Of a stretch of DNA of 64,000 nucleotides, positions 1 through 9,305 are shown one piece after another; within the stretch, counting starts at the first letter, position 1; every line of letters begins with the position of its first letter. The notes beneath the pieces were generated by a model, which did not search any database, was not told where the DNA came from, and saw only the letters and a list, made by a program, of their open reading frames with translations. The DNA is from Candidatus Falkowbacteria bacterium (GTDB lineage: Bacteria > Patescibacteriota > Patescibacteriia > JAACEG01). The stretch covers positions 6,625-70,624 of the forward strand of contig JABIDK010000014.1 of the NCBI GenBank assembly GCA_018651725.1. The letters are read 5' to 3'. Made by a program: the position numbers and the translations under genes.

Positions 1-1
1 G

Positions 2-685
2 AAAGAAGCTAAAGTCTACTTAGCTATACTTGAAATTGGTCGAGGTTCGGTTCAGTCTATTTCAAGAAGAGCTGACATAAAACGACCTACTACATATATA
101 ATTTTAGAAGACTTAAGAAGCAAGGGATTAGTTTCTTTAATTAAAGGAGCGGAAAAAGTAATTTATACCGCTGAGTCTCCTGAAAAAATACTAGAAGAGC
201 AAACAAAAAAAGAAAAAATAATAAAAGAAAATTTGCCGGAACTTTTAGCTATATTTAATACAAAAAAAGAAAAACCTAGGGTTAGATTTTATGAAGGAGA
301 AGAAAGAATTATTGATTTATATAATGAAATTTTTAAAAGCAAAAAAGTTGACATATTCGGCTCAATTAACGCTATTAGCTCAAATATTTTAGATAAAATA
401 TGGTGGAATCTAGAAAAAATCGAAAAGAAAAAAATTAAAGTTCGAGAAATACTACAAAATGACAAAGAATCAATTAAGTTTGCTAAAAAATACTCATCAA
501 AAATTCACCAAATAAAAATTACTCCAAAAAATTTCAAACTTCCTACAGATAATGTAATTTACAAAAATAAACTGGTAATTTTTTCATACAAAGATATTCC
601 AATGGCTGTAGTTATAGAAAGTAGTGATGTAGCAACAACATATAAAAACATTTTTGAACTACTTTGGGATAATTTAAAAAAATAA
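2..685 (+). CDS. TrmB-family transcriptional regulator (5' end truncated by window edge)
   Basis: Frame open from nt 2; N-terminal winged-HTH-like segment (LAILEIGRGSVQSISRRADIKRPTTYIILEDLRSKGLV) followed by a TrmB-type C-terminal domain; ORF-track entry 233..685 is the in-frame tail. Confidence 0.5.
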   Translation, partial: KEAKVYLAILEIGRGSVQSISRRADIKRPTTYIILEDLRSKGLVSLIKGAEKVIYTAESPEKILEEQTKKEKIIKENLPELLAIFNTKKEKPRVRFYEGEERIIDLYNEIFKSKKVDIFGSINAISSNILDKIWWNLEKIEKKKIKVREILQNDKESIKFAKKYSSKIHQIKITPKNFKLPTDNVIYKNKLVIFSYKDIPMAVVIESSDVATTYKNIFELLWDNLKK

Positions 686-735
686 TTCTCTATCTTATCT
701 TCACTAATTTTAAGTATTACTTAATTCTAAACAAT

Positions 736-788
736 CAAAAAAGTTGTAAAAAAATGCGATCGCAAATTTTTACAACTTTTTTTACTGT
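736..788. terminator. Intrinsic terminator hairpin (AAAAAAGTTGTAAAAA...TTTTTACAACTTTTTTT) between convergent genes
   Basis: Perfect long inverted repeat flanked by A-run and T-run, seen directly. Confidence 0.6.
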
Positions 789-821
789 GTTTAAATCTTA
801 ATCCACCCAAACAACACTGAT

Positions 822-857
822 AAAAAACCAAGCTAATGATAACTTGGTTTTTTTATA
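822..857. terminator. Second intrinsic terminator hairpin (AAAAAACCAAG...CTTGGTTTTTTT)
   Basis: Inverted repeat with flanking A/T runs; tandem to previous hairpin, downstream of dnaN on minus strand. Confidence 0.55.
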
Positions 858-905
858 TTTATGTTTATCACCGCCCTATCCCGCCTAGCGGGATGTTTAT
901 ATATT

Positions 906-2063
906 TTACAACCTTATCGGCATTATTATATATAAATAGTTATTTTTTTCAGCTGAGCGTAAAACACAGGGTACATCTTTATTAATAACCTCTAAAATAA
1001 CGTCGTCTCCGTCAATATGTTGTAAGCCGTCCAGTAAATAATGGTAGTTAAGCACTATTTCATTATCTTCTCCTTTTATTTTTACTTGTAGTTTTGATAA
1101 ATTTTCTCCTGTTTCCGCGTTTGCTGAATAAACAGTTAATTCGTTACTGTCCTTTAAAAAATTCAATTTTATACTATCTATTTTGTTTTTAGTAAATAAA
1201 CTACTCTTTTTAACAGTGTTAATTAAGTCGTTTTTATTAACAATAATTTCTGTATTATGGTTTTCAGGAATAATCTCCTGATATTCAGGGTAATTACCCT
1301 CTATTAACCTGGAAATTAGCTCTATATTTTCATCTGCTCCAATTTTCGTATCGGAAAATGTAAATAAAATTTGATTATCATTAGAAATATAGATATTTAC
1401 ATCACCTTTATCGCTATTTTCTTCTGTTTCTTTTATTAAGCCTAAAATTCTTACTACTTCTTGCAGTGTTTTACCGGGAACGATAATTCTTTTGTCTTCA
1501 CCGCTATTTTTTAACGATATTTTTTGTTCTGCTAAACGATAACTATCGGTAGCAGCTACTGTTAACATCTTATTCTTACTATTAAAGTCAAAAACAGCGC
1601 CATTGATCTCCGGTCGAGAGCTTGTATTAGCAACAGCAAAGATAATTTTATTTAAACAGTCTTTAAAGTCTCTAACTGAAGTAGTGTATTTATTTTCTTT
1701 TTTAATCTCAGGAATAGTTGGAAAGTCTTGAGAGGAAACCCCTTTAAACCTTGTTTTATTATTTGAAGTAATCAACTCTATTTCATTGTCTTTTAAATTT
1801 AAATTAACTTGTTTATCTTTTATTAGATTAACATAGTCAGTAGTGGTTTTTGCTGGAATAGTAAAATTTCCATCGTTATCGATCTTTCCTCTTATAATAC
1901 AGTTAATACCCATCTCTAAATTAGTAGAGGTTAAAGTAATCACTCCTTGCTTTGCTTTTATTAAAACGTTATTTAGAATAGGAAGGTTAGGATTTTTATT
2001 TGATAGATTACTTACAATACTTAATCCTTGATTTAAGTTTTCTTGAGTACAAATTATTTTCAT
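906..2063 (-). CDS. dnaN: DNA polymerase III beta subunit (sliding clamp)
   Basis: 385 aa; three-domain clamp-like sequence beginning MKIICTQENL; located immediately downstream of dnaA. Confidence 0.9.
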   Translation of the reverse strand: MKIICTQENLNQGLSIVSNLSNKNPNLPILNNVLIKAKQGVITLTSTNLEMGINCIIRGKIDNDGNFTIPAKTTTDYVNLIKDKQVNLNLKDNEIELITSNNKTRFKGVSSQDFPTIPEIKKENKYTTSVRDFKDCLNKIIFAVANTSSRPEINGAVFDFNSKNKMLTVAATDSYRLAEQKISLKNSGEDKRIIVPGKTLQEVVRILGLIKETEENSDKGDVNIYISNDNQILFTFSDTKIGADENIELISRLIEGNYPEYQEIIPENHNTEIIVNKNDLINTVKKSSLFTKNKIDSIKLNFLKDSNELTVYSANAETGENLSKLQVKIKGEDNEIVLNYHYLLDGLQHIDGDDVILEVINKDVPCVLRSAEKNNYLYIIMPIRL

Positions 2064-2360
2064 ATTTGGTGGTAGCCCCTTATTAGTATTATAATTATAT
2101 TATATATTAATATAATAGTATTAATAATAGAGTGGATAACTGAAGTAATTGGTGTTTTAGTTATTGTTTAAAACAAAATCCTTGTTGATAACAGTGTGAA
2201 TACTTTGTTGATAACTATGTGAATAAAATATGTGGAAAAAGTTTTTTGAAAATCGGTTAACTTAATAACATTTTATTCACAACTTTTCCAGATAGTTATA
2301 CAGGAAAATACATAATTATATCAACAGCTTATCAACACCTTATCCACAATAAATTTATTT
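2064..2360. promoter_or_regulatory. oriC: Candidate oriC: DnaA-box cluster plus AT-rich unwinding element between dnaA and dnaN
   Basis: TTATCCACA perfect box at 2340-2348; 8/9 boxes TTATCAACA x2 (2320-2338), tgttgataa x2 (2184-2192, 2206-2214), agtggataa (2131-2139); AT-rich run 2064-2130. Confidence 0.65.
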
Positions 2361-3758
2361 TTAAAACGAGCTGTAAATTTTTTGTTTTATTGTTTCTATA
2401 TTTTGCTTTAAAGATTCGTCTATTTCCAATTGAGCCTCTATTTTATTGCAAGCATGCATTGCTGTTGTGTGATCTCGTCCGCCAAGCTCTTGTCCAATGG
2501 CTGGGTATGAACTTTTCATTTCTTCTCTCATTAAATACATTGTTATTTGACGAGGACCAACTAAGTGTTTTTTTCGACAAGCTCCAATTAAATCATTAAC
2601 GGAAATACTGTAAAAATCAGTAACAATTTTAAATAATGTTTTTACATGAAACGATTTTTTTTGTGGAAGGCTTTTAAGGTTGATTAAAACCTTCCCTACA
2701 CTTTCTAAGTCTGGAGTAATATCTTTTATTTCATGAAAAGCTATTATTTTATTTAATGCCCCCTCTAATTCTCTGACATTACTTTTTATATTACTGGCTA
2801 AAAAATCAATAACTTCATTTTTTATTTTAAAATTTTTCTCTTTTGCTTTATATTTTAAGATAGCACTTCTTGTTTCGAAGTCAGGACTTGAAACATCGGC
2901 TATCATCCCCCATTCAAAACGAGAAATCAACCTATCTTCCAAGGTAGCGATTGATTTTGGTGGTCTATCAGAGGTTAAAATTATTTGTTTATTAGCCTGA
3001 TGTAATTCATTAAAAGTGTGGAAAAAAGCCTCTTGAGTTTGCTCTTTTCCGCTTAAAAACTGGATATCATCAACTAATAGAACGTCTATTTTTCTATATC
3101 TTTCTTTAAAACTCTTAGTGTTGTTAACGGATAAAGCCTGAATAAAGTCGTTAACGAATTTTTCACAAGGAACATAAAGTATTTTTGACGAAGGATTTTT
3201 TTTAAAAATTTCATTACCAACTGCTTGCATCAAATGAGTTTTCCCTAAGCCAACTCCCCCGTAAATAAACAAAGGATTATAAGCTTCACCAGGCTTTTTA
3301 ACAATTGCTCTTGAAGCTGCCTGAGCGAGCTCGTTTCCTTTTCCAATAATATAATTTTGAAAGGTGTATTTAGGGTTAAGGCCGGCACTAAAAAGATTGT
3401 TTTGTTCTAAAGAGACACTTTTTTGTGTTGGCTTGGATTCTTCGGGTTTTTTTGAAGTAGGTATTATTTTATAGTCTATTTTTACGCTTCGGTTGTCGGT
3501 AATATTTTCTACAGCCTTAGCAATTAAATTTTGATATTTATCTTCAAACCATTTTTTAGTAAAAGCATTAGGAACAGCAATAACAACTAAGTTTTTTTCA
3601 TTATAATGTACATAGGTTTGCTTAAACCAAGTAGTAAAATTAGGCTTACTGATAAGAAGCTCCATTTCTCCTAAAATAGCTTGCCAAAGTTGTTGGTTGT
3701 CCATAGGAAAAAGTTTAAAGGTTGTTTTTATGATAGTATTAAATTTATTATAATGCAA
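2361..3758 (-). CDS. dnaA: Chromosomal replication initiator protein DnaA
   Basis: 465 aa; Walker A GGVGLGKTHL, AAA+ core, C-terminal DNA-binding domain. Confidence 0.95.
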   Translation of the reverse strand: MHYNKFNTIIKTTFKLFPMDNQQLWQAILGEMELLISKPNFTTWFKQTYVHYNEKNLVVIAVPNAFTKKWFEDKYQNLIAKAVENITDNRSVKIDYKIIPTSKKPEESKPTQKSVSLEQNNLFSAGLNPKYTFQNYIIGKGNELAQAASRAIVKKPGEAYNPLFIYGGVGLGKTHLMQAVGNEIFKKNPSSKILYVPCEKFVNDFIQALSVNNTKSFKERYRKIDVLLVDDIQFLSGKEQTQEAFFHTFNELHQANKQIILTSDRPPKSIATLEDRLISRFEWGMIADVSSPDFETRSAILKYKAKEKNFKIKNEVIDFLASNIKSNVRELEGALNKIIAFHEIKDITPDLESVGKVLINLKSLPQKKSFHVKTLFKIVTDFYSISVNDLIGACRKKHLVGPRQITMYLMREEMKSSYPAIGQELGGRDHTTAMHACNKIEAQLEIDESLKQNIETIKQKIYSSF

Positions 3759-3975
3759 GTTTTCAACAATGTAAAATAAAATGGGGATATAAAATAAACC
3801 ATGTGTATAACCTGTGGATAGAGAGGGGAGAAAAATTATTAATATTATTTGATAGTTATTATTAGGTTCTTGATTTTAAAATAATTAAACCGTATACTTT
3901 TAATATAAAGAGGATAAAAAATAACTTTACTTATGGAAAACCATAATTTTTTAAAACAAGCAAATTAAAAAGCCT
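3759..3975. promoter_or_regulatory. dnaA upstream region with single DnaA-box-like site (TGTGGATAG at 3813-3821)
   Basis: 8/9 match to DnaA box consensus, AT-rich context upstream of dnaA start. Confidence 0.35.
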
Positions 3976-6048
3976 ATGCAAAAAGAAACAATTTACCAAC
4001 CAGAAAAAGAAACAGAACATTTATCCTTAACCAAAGAACAAAAACAAGTCGTCGGTGGCATCACCCTTGGAATGGAAGAGGTTGATCAAAGAGCCCACGA
4101 TATGGATGATGACGTGGTTGAAACCTTGGAAAATGGCCATCCGCTCAATAAATTAATAACAGGAGAAAATAACGAAGTTTTGGGATATGTTGCTTGCGAG
4201 GACTTTGTCTCTGGAGAAGCGTATATAAAATACTTTGGCTCAACCGAAAATTTAAAAACCAATCTTTTCAAAGAACTACCGGCTTTTTTTGAATATGCTA
4301 AACAAAAAGGATATAGCAAGCTTAATTTTCACGGTTGGAATAAACGTTTAAACCATGCTTTGGAGCGATTTGGCTTTGAACACCTTCGCACCGATTCTAT
4401 GGACGATATTAGCGCTGACTTTTACGAAAAAGCGTTAACCAAAGAAAAAGACAAAAAAACAATAGCTGAAGAACGGAAAAAAGCCTTTGAGCAAAAATAT
4501 ATCAACAAGATAAAAAAAGAATACGAACGAACCTTAAAAACATTTAGAGAAGAAGATCAACAACAAAAAGAACAGCAAATCTCAGAAGCCTTTGAAACTT
4601 TAAATAAACGCTTAATAAGTAATGAAGATTTTGAAATTAAGGAAAAGCAAGAAGTAATTCTTAAACTGAAACTGGCGCGCTACTTTCAAAGCAACGAAAC
4701 TTGCGACACAAGCACACTTTATGACGCTATAGTGGAAACTTCAAAATTTATTAACACCGACAAAGGCTCTCTTAATCATTTATTTGAAATACACGAACAA
4801 AAAACTTTGGAAAAAATCGCTCAAATACGAAAACAAAGAGCTGAGATGAGCAACGAGGAAGGTTTTAATCCTTACGAAGCATTATTACGAACAGATTCCA
4901 AGGAGTATTATCTGGCACGCTTGCTTAATATGCCTCATTTGGAAGAAGAATCAGAGTATATGCGAAACTGCGTCGGCACCAGTGATTCTTATATTAATCA
5001 AATGAAGCGCGGAGAAATTGAGATTTTATCGCTTCGCCACACTAAAGAAGGAGGACAAGGAGAGCCGGATGCGCCGATTATGACGATTGAATATGACCCA
5101 AAAGAAAAAGTTATTAAGCAAATGAAAACAGCCAATGATGAATATCTGAGAAAAGACGACCCTTACTACCACGAAGTGATTGACGCGCTTAAAAAACTAA
5201 CTCAAACAACAACCGACATAGGAGAAAAAAGAGAAATTAAAGAAATATCAAAAAGCGAACTGGAAAATATTGAAGTTAAAGACTATCATTTCTTAACTGA
5301 GGACGGAGAAGTTGATTTTCATGATTTTGACCCAGATTCAGGAATTTTTGTTTTGAAAACGGGTAAAATGGATATAAACCAAGATATTCCAAAACAAGAT
5401 GCAGCAAAAATTTTAAAAATAGTTGAAGATATTGAAGTTGAACCGCAAGAAATTGCTTGTGGAATAGACGAAATCAACAAAAACACCAAAGCCTATATTG
5501 GCGAGTGGAACCCACAAATCTACCAGGAAATCAGAAAATACCTGAATATTGAGCATCTCTACGAATCTTTTCCAGACAAAAAAATATTTATGCAAACCTT
5601 GGAAACCGATCCAGGCATCAATTCTCCGGAAACAGCCGAAAAAGCGCTAGAAGACGAAAATATATATCTCACGAATCGGGCAAAAGATATTTTAAAACAA
5701 ACAGAGTTCAGCAAAGAAAAACAAAACTATGAACTGGTTAGATTTACAGTTGAACAGCTTGGACTTCCAAATGGAGTGACAATCAAAGAAATTCGTGAAA
5801 AATTAGAAGAGCTTAAACTGGAGCTCTGCCAGGCTGAAGTAGGACCACAGCTTAGATTAAAGTATCCGGGGAAAGAGTGGTTGTTTATTGCCATGGAACC
5901 TATTACCGGCTCCGATGGCGATCCGGGCGTGTTCTATCTGCACGAGGATGTCGGGCGGCTGGAGCTCGATGCCGATGACGCTCGGCCCGGCAGCAGGTGG
6001 GATGCGGGCTGCAGGTTCGTCTTCCGTCCCCGCAAGTTAGATTCTTAG
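3976..6048 (+). CDS. Hypothetical 690-aa protein: GNAT-like N-terminal fold, long charged coiled-coil region, PcfJ-like motif (YMRNCVGTSDSYINQMKRGEIEILSLRH); GC-rich 3' tail
   Basis: Long ORF with genome-typical codon usage until ~5900; N-terminal motif pattern (..ALERFGFE) resembles an acetyltransferase fold; HCVG..Y......G motif recalled from PcfJ-like proteins; no confident family assignment. Confidence 0.45.
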   Translation: MQKETIYQPEKETEHLSLTKEQKQVVGGITLGMEEVDQRAHDMDDDVVETLENGHPLNKLITGENNEVLGYVACEDFVSGEAYIKYFGSTENLKTNLFKELPAFFEYAKQKGYSKLNFHGWNKRLNHALERFGFEHLRTDSMDDISADFYEKALTKEKDKKTIAEERKKAFEQKYINKIKKEYERTLKTFREEDQQQKEQQISEAFETLNKRLISNEDFEIKEKQEVILKLKLARYFQSNETCDTSTLYDAIVETSKFINTDKGSLNHLFEIHEQKTLEKIAQIRKQRAEMSNEEGFNPYEALLRTDSKEYYLARLLNMPHLEEESEYMRNCVGTSDSYINQMKRGEIEILSLRHTKEGGQGEPDAPIMTIEYDPKEKVIKQMKTANDEYLRKDDPYYHEVIDALKKLTQTTTDIGEKREIKEISKSELENIEVKDYHFLTEDGEVDFHDFDPDSGIFVLKTGKMDINQDIPKQDAAKILKIVEDIEVEPQEIACGIDEINKNTKAYIGEWNPQIYQEIRKYLNIEHLYESFPDKKIFMQTLETDPGINSPETAEKALEDENIYLTNRAKDILKQTEFSKEKQNYELVRFTVEQLGLPNGVTIKEIREKLEELKLELCQAEVGPQLRLKYPGKEWLFIAMEPITGSDGDPGVFYLHEDVGRLELDADDARPGSRWDAGCRFVFRPRKLDS

Positions 6049-6357
6049 GAACTTTTACTCTTTATAATATTTGATACTTTGAGATTTAGATACTTTGACA
6101 CTTTTTTGCAAGGAAATATTTTCCCTTAACTTTTTAAAATACGATATTATACAAATACCTTAACAGAATTGTTATATTTTATGTCTAATTTTGCTGAAAA
6201 AGTGTTAAGATTAACAAGACGACAAAAGAGTAATGCTTAATTTGATTTTTAAATAAAAATAATTTATACTAATAGTAATTTACAACTACAAATTTTATCC
6301 GAATTCTCAGAGAATGAATTACTTGAATTGTTTTTACAGTCTTCGGGTCATGGTATT

Positions 6358-8169
6358 ATGAAAAATATTTTGAAGAATTTTTTAATTGTTTTTTTTGTTA
6401 TTTTAATGGTGGCCGGGTTTATTAGTTTGTACTCTGAACCTAAAGAAGAGGTGGAGAAAATTAGTATTATTAAGTTAATAGAAGAGGTTAATAATGAAGA
6501 GGTGGAAGAGATTATTGTTGAGAACGATATTTTAAATATTGTTTTATATTCTGGTGAAAAACAAAAAACTAAGAAAGAGGGGGTAGAGTCGCTTTCGGCC
6601 TTGTTTAAAAATTTGGAAGTTTCGCCGGAAAAAACAAAAAAAATTAACATTACAATAAAAGAAGAGTCTGGAACAAGTACTTTTGTAAATAATATTTTGC
6701 CGTTTTTAATTCCGTTCTTACTTATCGGTTTTTTTATCTTTTTTATGATGCGTCAAGTTCAAGGAATGAACAAAAGAGCAATGGGCTTTGGGCAGACAAA
6801 GGCTAAAGAAATAAAAAAAGACGGAAATCAAAAAATTACCTTTAAAAATGTGGCTGGTGTGAAAGAAGCCAAAGAAGAGCTGTTTGAAGTGGTTGACTTT
6901 TTAAAGGACTCTAAAAAATTTACTGATTTAGGAGCTAAAATTCCTAAAGGAGTTTTATTGCTTGGCCCTCCTGGGGTAGGGAAAACATTGTTAGCTAGAG
7001 CTGTGGCCGGAGAAGCAGGAGTCCCGTTTTTTCATATCTCCGGATCTGAATTTGTGGAGATGTTTGTTGGAGTTGGCGCATCTAGGGTGCGGGATTTGTT
7101 TGGTAAAGCCAAAAAAAACGCGCCATCGATTTTATTTATCGATGAAATTGATGCCGTTGGTAGAAGAAGAGGCTCCGGCATGGGTGGATCGCACGACGAA
7201 AGAGAGCAAACACTAAATCAAATATTAGTAGAGATGGACGGTTTTGAGCCTCATATGAATGTTATTGTTATTGCCGCCACTAACAGGCCCGATGTTTTGG
7301 ATCCGGCGTTACTTAGACCGGGAAGATTTGATAGAAGAGTAATGTTGGACTTGCCGGATATCAACGATAGAGAATCTATTTTAAAGGTCCATGTTCAGAA
7401 AAAACCTTTAGAAAAAAATGTTTCTTTAAGAGAGGTAGCCGAACGAACGCCGGGATTTTCTGGAGCTGATCTAGAAAATTTATTAAATGAAGCCGCTATC
7501 TTAACAGTTAGAAGAAATAAGAAAAAAGTAGGTAATAAAGAATTGTTAGAAAGTATCGAAAAAGTTTTATTGGGTCCGGAGCGAAAAAGTCATATCTTAG
7601 GTAAAGAAGAGAAAAAAATAACCGCCTACCACGAAGCCGGACACGCTCTGGTAGCTAAAATGTTGCCTAACACTGACCCTGTTCATAAGGTTTCTATTAT
7701 CTCTCGCGGTAAAGCAGCCGGTTACACTCTTAAACTACCCCGAGAAGACAGGGTGTTTAGAACAAAATCTAATTTTGTTGATGAACTATCTGTATTTTTG
7801 GCCGGTTATATGGCGGAAAAACTCCATTTTGGAGAGGTTACCACAGGCGCTACCAACGATCTTCGCCAAGCAACTGGTCTTGCTAAAAAACTAATTACCG
7901 AGTTTGGTATGGCTGAAAATTTACCCCCACGTACCTATGGAGCAAAAGAAGAAATGATTTTTTTAGGTCGTGAAATTCACGAACAAAAAGATTACAGTGA
8001 GAAAGTAGCTGAAGAGATAGATAAAGAAGTGGCTGATTTTATTAAAAACGCGCAAAAAACAGCTGAAGATATTTTAGTGAAAAATAAAGAAAAATTAAAA
8101 GAAATAGTCACAACACTTATTAAAAAAGAAACCATCGAAAGAGAGGAATTTGATAAGATGTTTAAATAA
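6358..8169 (+). CDS. ftsH: ATP-dependent zinc metalloprotease FtsH
   Basis: N-terminal TM segments, AAA Walker [34 protein letters not shown] zinc motif; ORF-track start at 6328 is a TTG, first in-frame ATG at 6358. Confidence 0.95.
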   Translation: MKNILKNFLIVFFVILMVAGFISLYSEPKEEVEKISIIKLIEEVNNEEVEEIIVENDILNIVLYSGEKQKTKKEGVESLSALFKNLEVSPEKTKKINITIKEESGTSTFVNNILPFLIPFLLIGFFIFFMMRQVQGMNKRAMGFGQTKAKEIKKDGNQKITFKNVAGVKEAKEELFEVVDFLKDSKKFTDLGAKIPKGVLLLGPPGVGKTLLARAVAGEAGVPFFHISGSEFVEMFVGVGASRVRDLFGKAKKNAPSILFIDEIDAVGRRRGSGMGGSHDEREQTLNQILVEMDGFEPHMNVIVIAATNRPDVLDPALLRPGRFDRRVMLDLPDINDRESILKVHVQKKPLEKNVSLREVAERTPGFSGADLENLLNEAAILTVRRNKKKVGNKELLESIEKVLLGPERKSHILGKEEKKITAYHEAGHALVAKMLPNTDPVHKVSIISRGKAAGYTLKLPREDRVFRTKSNFVDELSVFLAGYMAEKLHFGEVTTGATNDLRQATGLAKKLITEFGMAENLPPRTYGAKEEMIFLGREIHEQKDYSEKVAEEIDKEVADFIKNAQKTAEDILVKNKEKLKEIVTTLIKKETIEREEFDKMFK

Positions 8170-8263
8170 TCATTATTTAATTTAAAGTATTTATTAAAAT
8201 ACCTACGACCTTAGCTGCATTTAAATTTAAAATTTAAATTGGTTGAGTTGTGGAGGGAGGTTT

Positions 8264-9268
8264 ATGAATATGAATAATAATTTTTATTTCCAAGCTTTAA
8301 CCAATTCTTGGAAGTTGGTTTGGAAAAATAAAATTTTGTGGTTTTTCGGCTTGTTCGCTATCTTTTTAGGAGGAGTGGAATGGAGCAATCTCTTGTCTAG
8401 AGATTTTTTAGGAATGTTTAAGATTAACAGTGTTGTTTCTTATCTTTCAAGTATAGGTGTTTTTAGTGGAGAGTTTTTACTGAATATTAAGGCAGTGGCA
8501 GTGACTAATCCTTTTTCTCTTGTAATGATTTTATTTATCTTTGGTATTTTTATTGCTTTGTTCGTTGCGCTTTTGTGGGTTTCAGTTGTGTCTCAAGGAA
8601 GTCTTGTTTATTCTGTTTTTGAACTTGATCATAAAACAAAGATAAACACTTTTAAGAGCATGGCCATTGGTAGACAAAACTTTTGGCAAATTTTAAGTTT
8701 AAATATTGTAGATAAATATGTTGTTTGGACTTGCTCTATTTTACTTGGTTTTTTTGGCACGGAAATTTTTATTCAGAAGTCAGCACTTACGGCTATAACA
8801 CTTCTTATTATCTCTGTTTTAATTTTAGTTATTTTAGTATTAACGGCTTTTATTATTAAATATGCTCTTGCTTTTGTGGTTTTAAAAGCACAAAATCCTT
8901 TTTTAGCAATTAAAAACGCCTTTATTTTATTTTTTAGAAATTTATTAATAAATATAGAAATGGCAGCTTTTTTATTTTTAGTTAACTATGTTTTTAGAAT
9001 ACTGGCTATTTGGATTGTTGTTATTTTAATGATTCCATTAACGTCTCTTGGCAGTTTTAGTTTATATTTATCGGGTGGTATTAGCTTTGGTTTTTATGCT
9101 ATTTTTATACCATTTTTTATCAGCGTACTTTTGTTGTGGTTTTTCTCTATTTTAACAGCCTACAACTATTCAATTTGGACTTTAATGTTTATGTCTTTAA
9201 CAGGAGATAGAAAAACCAGTTCCAGTATTATTAAAAAATATATTGGAAAAATAATTAAGAAGAGTTAA
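8264..9268 (+). CDS. Polytopic integral membrane protein (unknown function)
   Basis: Many hydrophobic segments; SD GGAGGGAGG 6 nt upstream of ATG 8264 (ORF-track start 8243 is TTG). Confidence 0.55.
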   Translation: MNMNNNFYFQALTNSWKLVWKNKILWFFGLFAIFLGGVEWSNLLSRDFLGMFKINSVVSYLSSIGVFSGEFLLNIKAVAVTNPFSLVMILFIFGIFIALFVALLWVSVVSQGSLVYSVFELDHKTKINTFKSMAIGRQNFWQILSLNIVDKYVVWTCSILLGFFGTEIFIQKSALTAITLLIISVLILVILVLTAFIIKYALAFVVLKAQNPFLAIKNAFILFFRNLLINIEMAAFLFLVNYVFRILAIWIVVILMIPLTSLGSFSLYLSGGISFGFYAIFIPFFISVLLLWFFSILTAYNYSIWTLMFMSLTGDRKTSSSIIKKYIGKIIKKS

Positions 9269-9305
9269 TTAATAGATTTATTATATAATAAATCTAACAA
9301 ACTAT

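Noticed and set aside
1843-2599. Plus-strand ORFs 1843..2031 and 2390..2599
   Set aside because: Antisense within dnaN/dnaA coding regions; low-complexity translations typical of wrong-strand AT-rich DNA
6328-6357. ORF-track N-terminal extensions starting at TTG/GTG (ftsH 6328, 8243, 13134, 24889, 28822, 30848, 50729, 59690)
   Set aside because: Translation tool counted TTG/GTG as Met; nearest in-frame ATG with better context used instead
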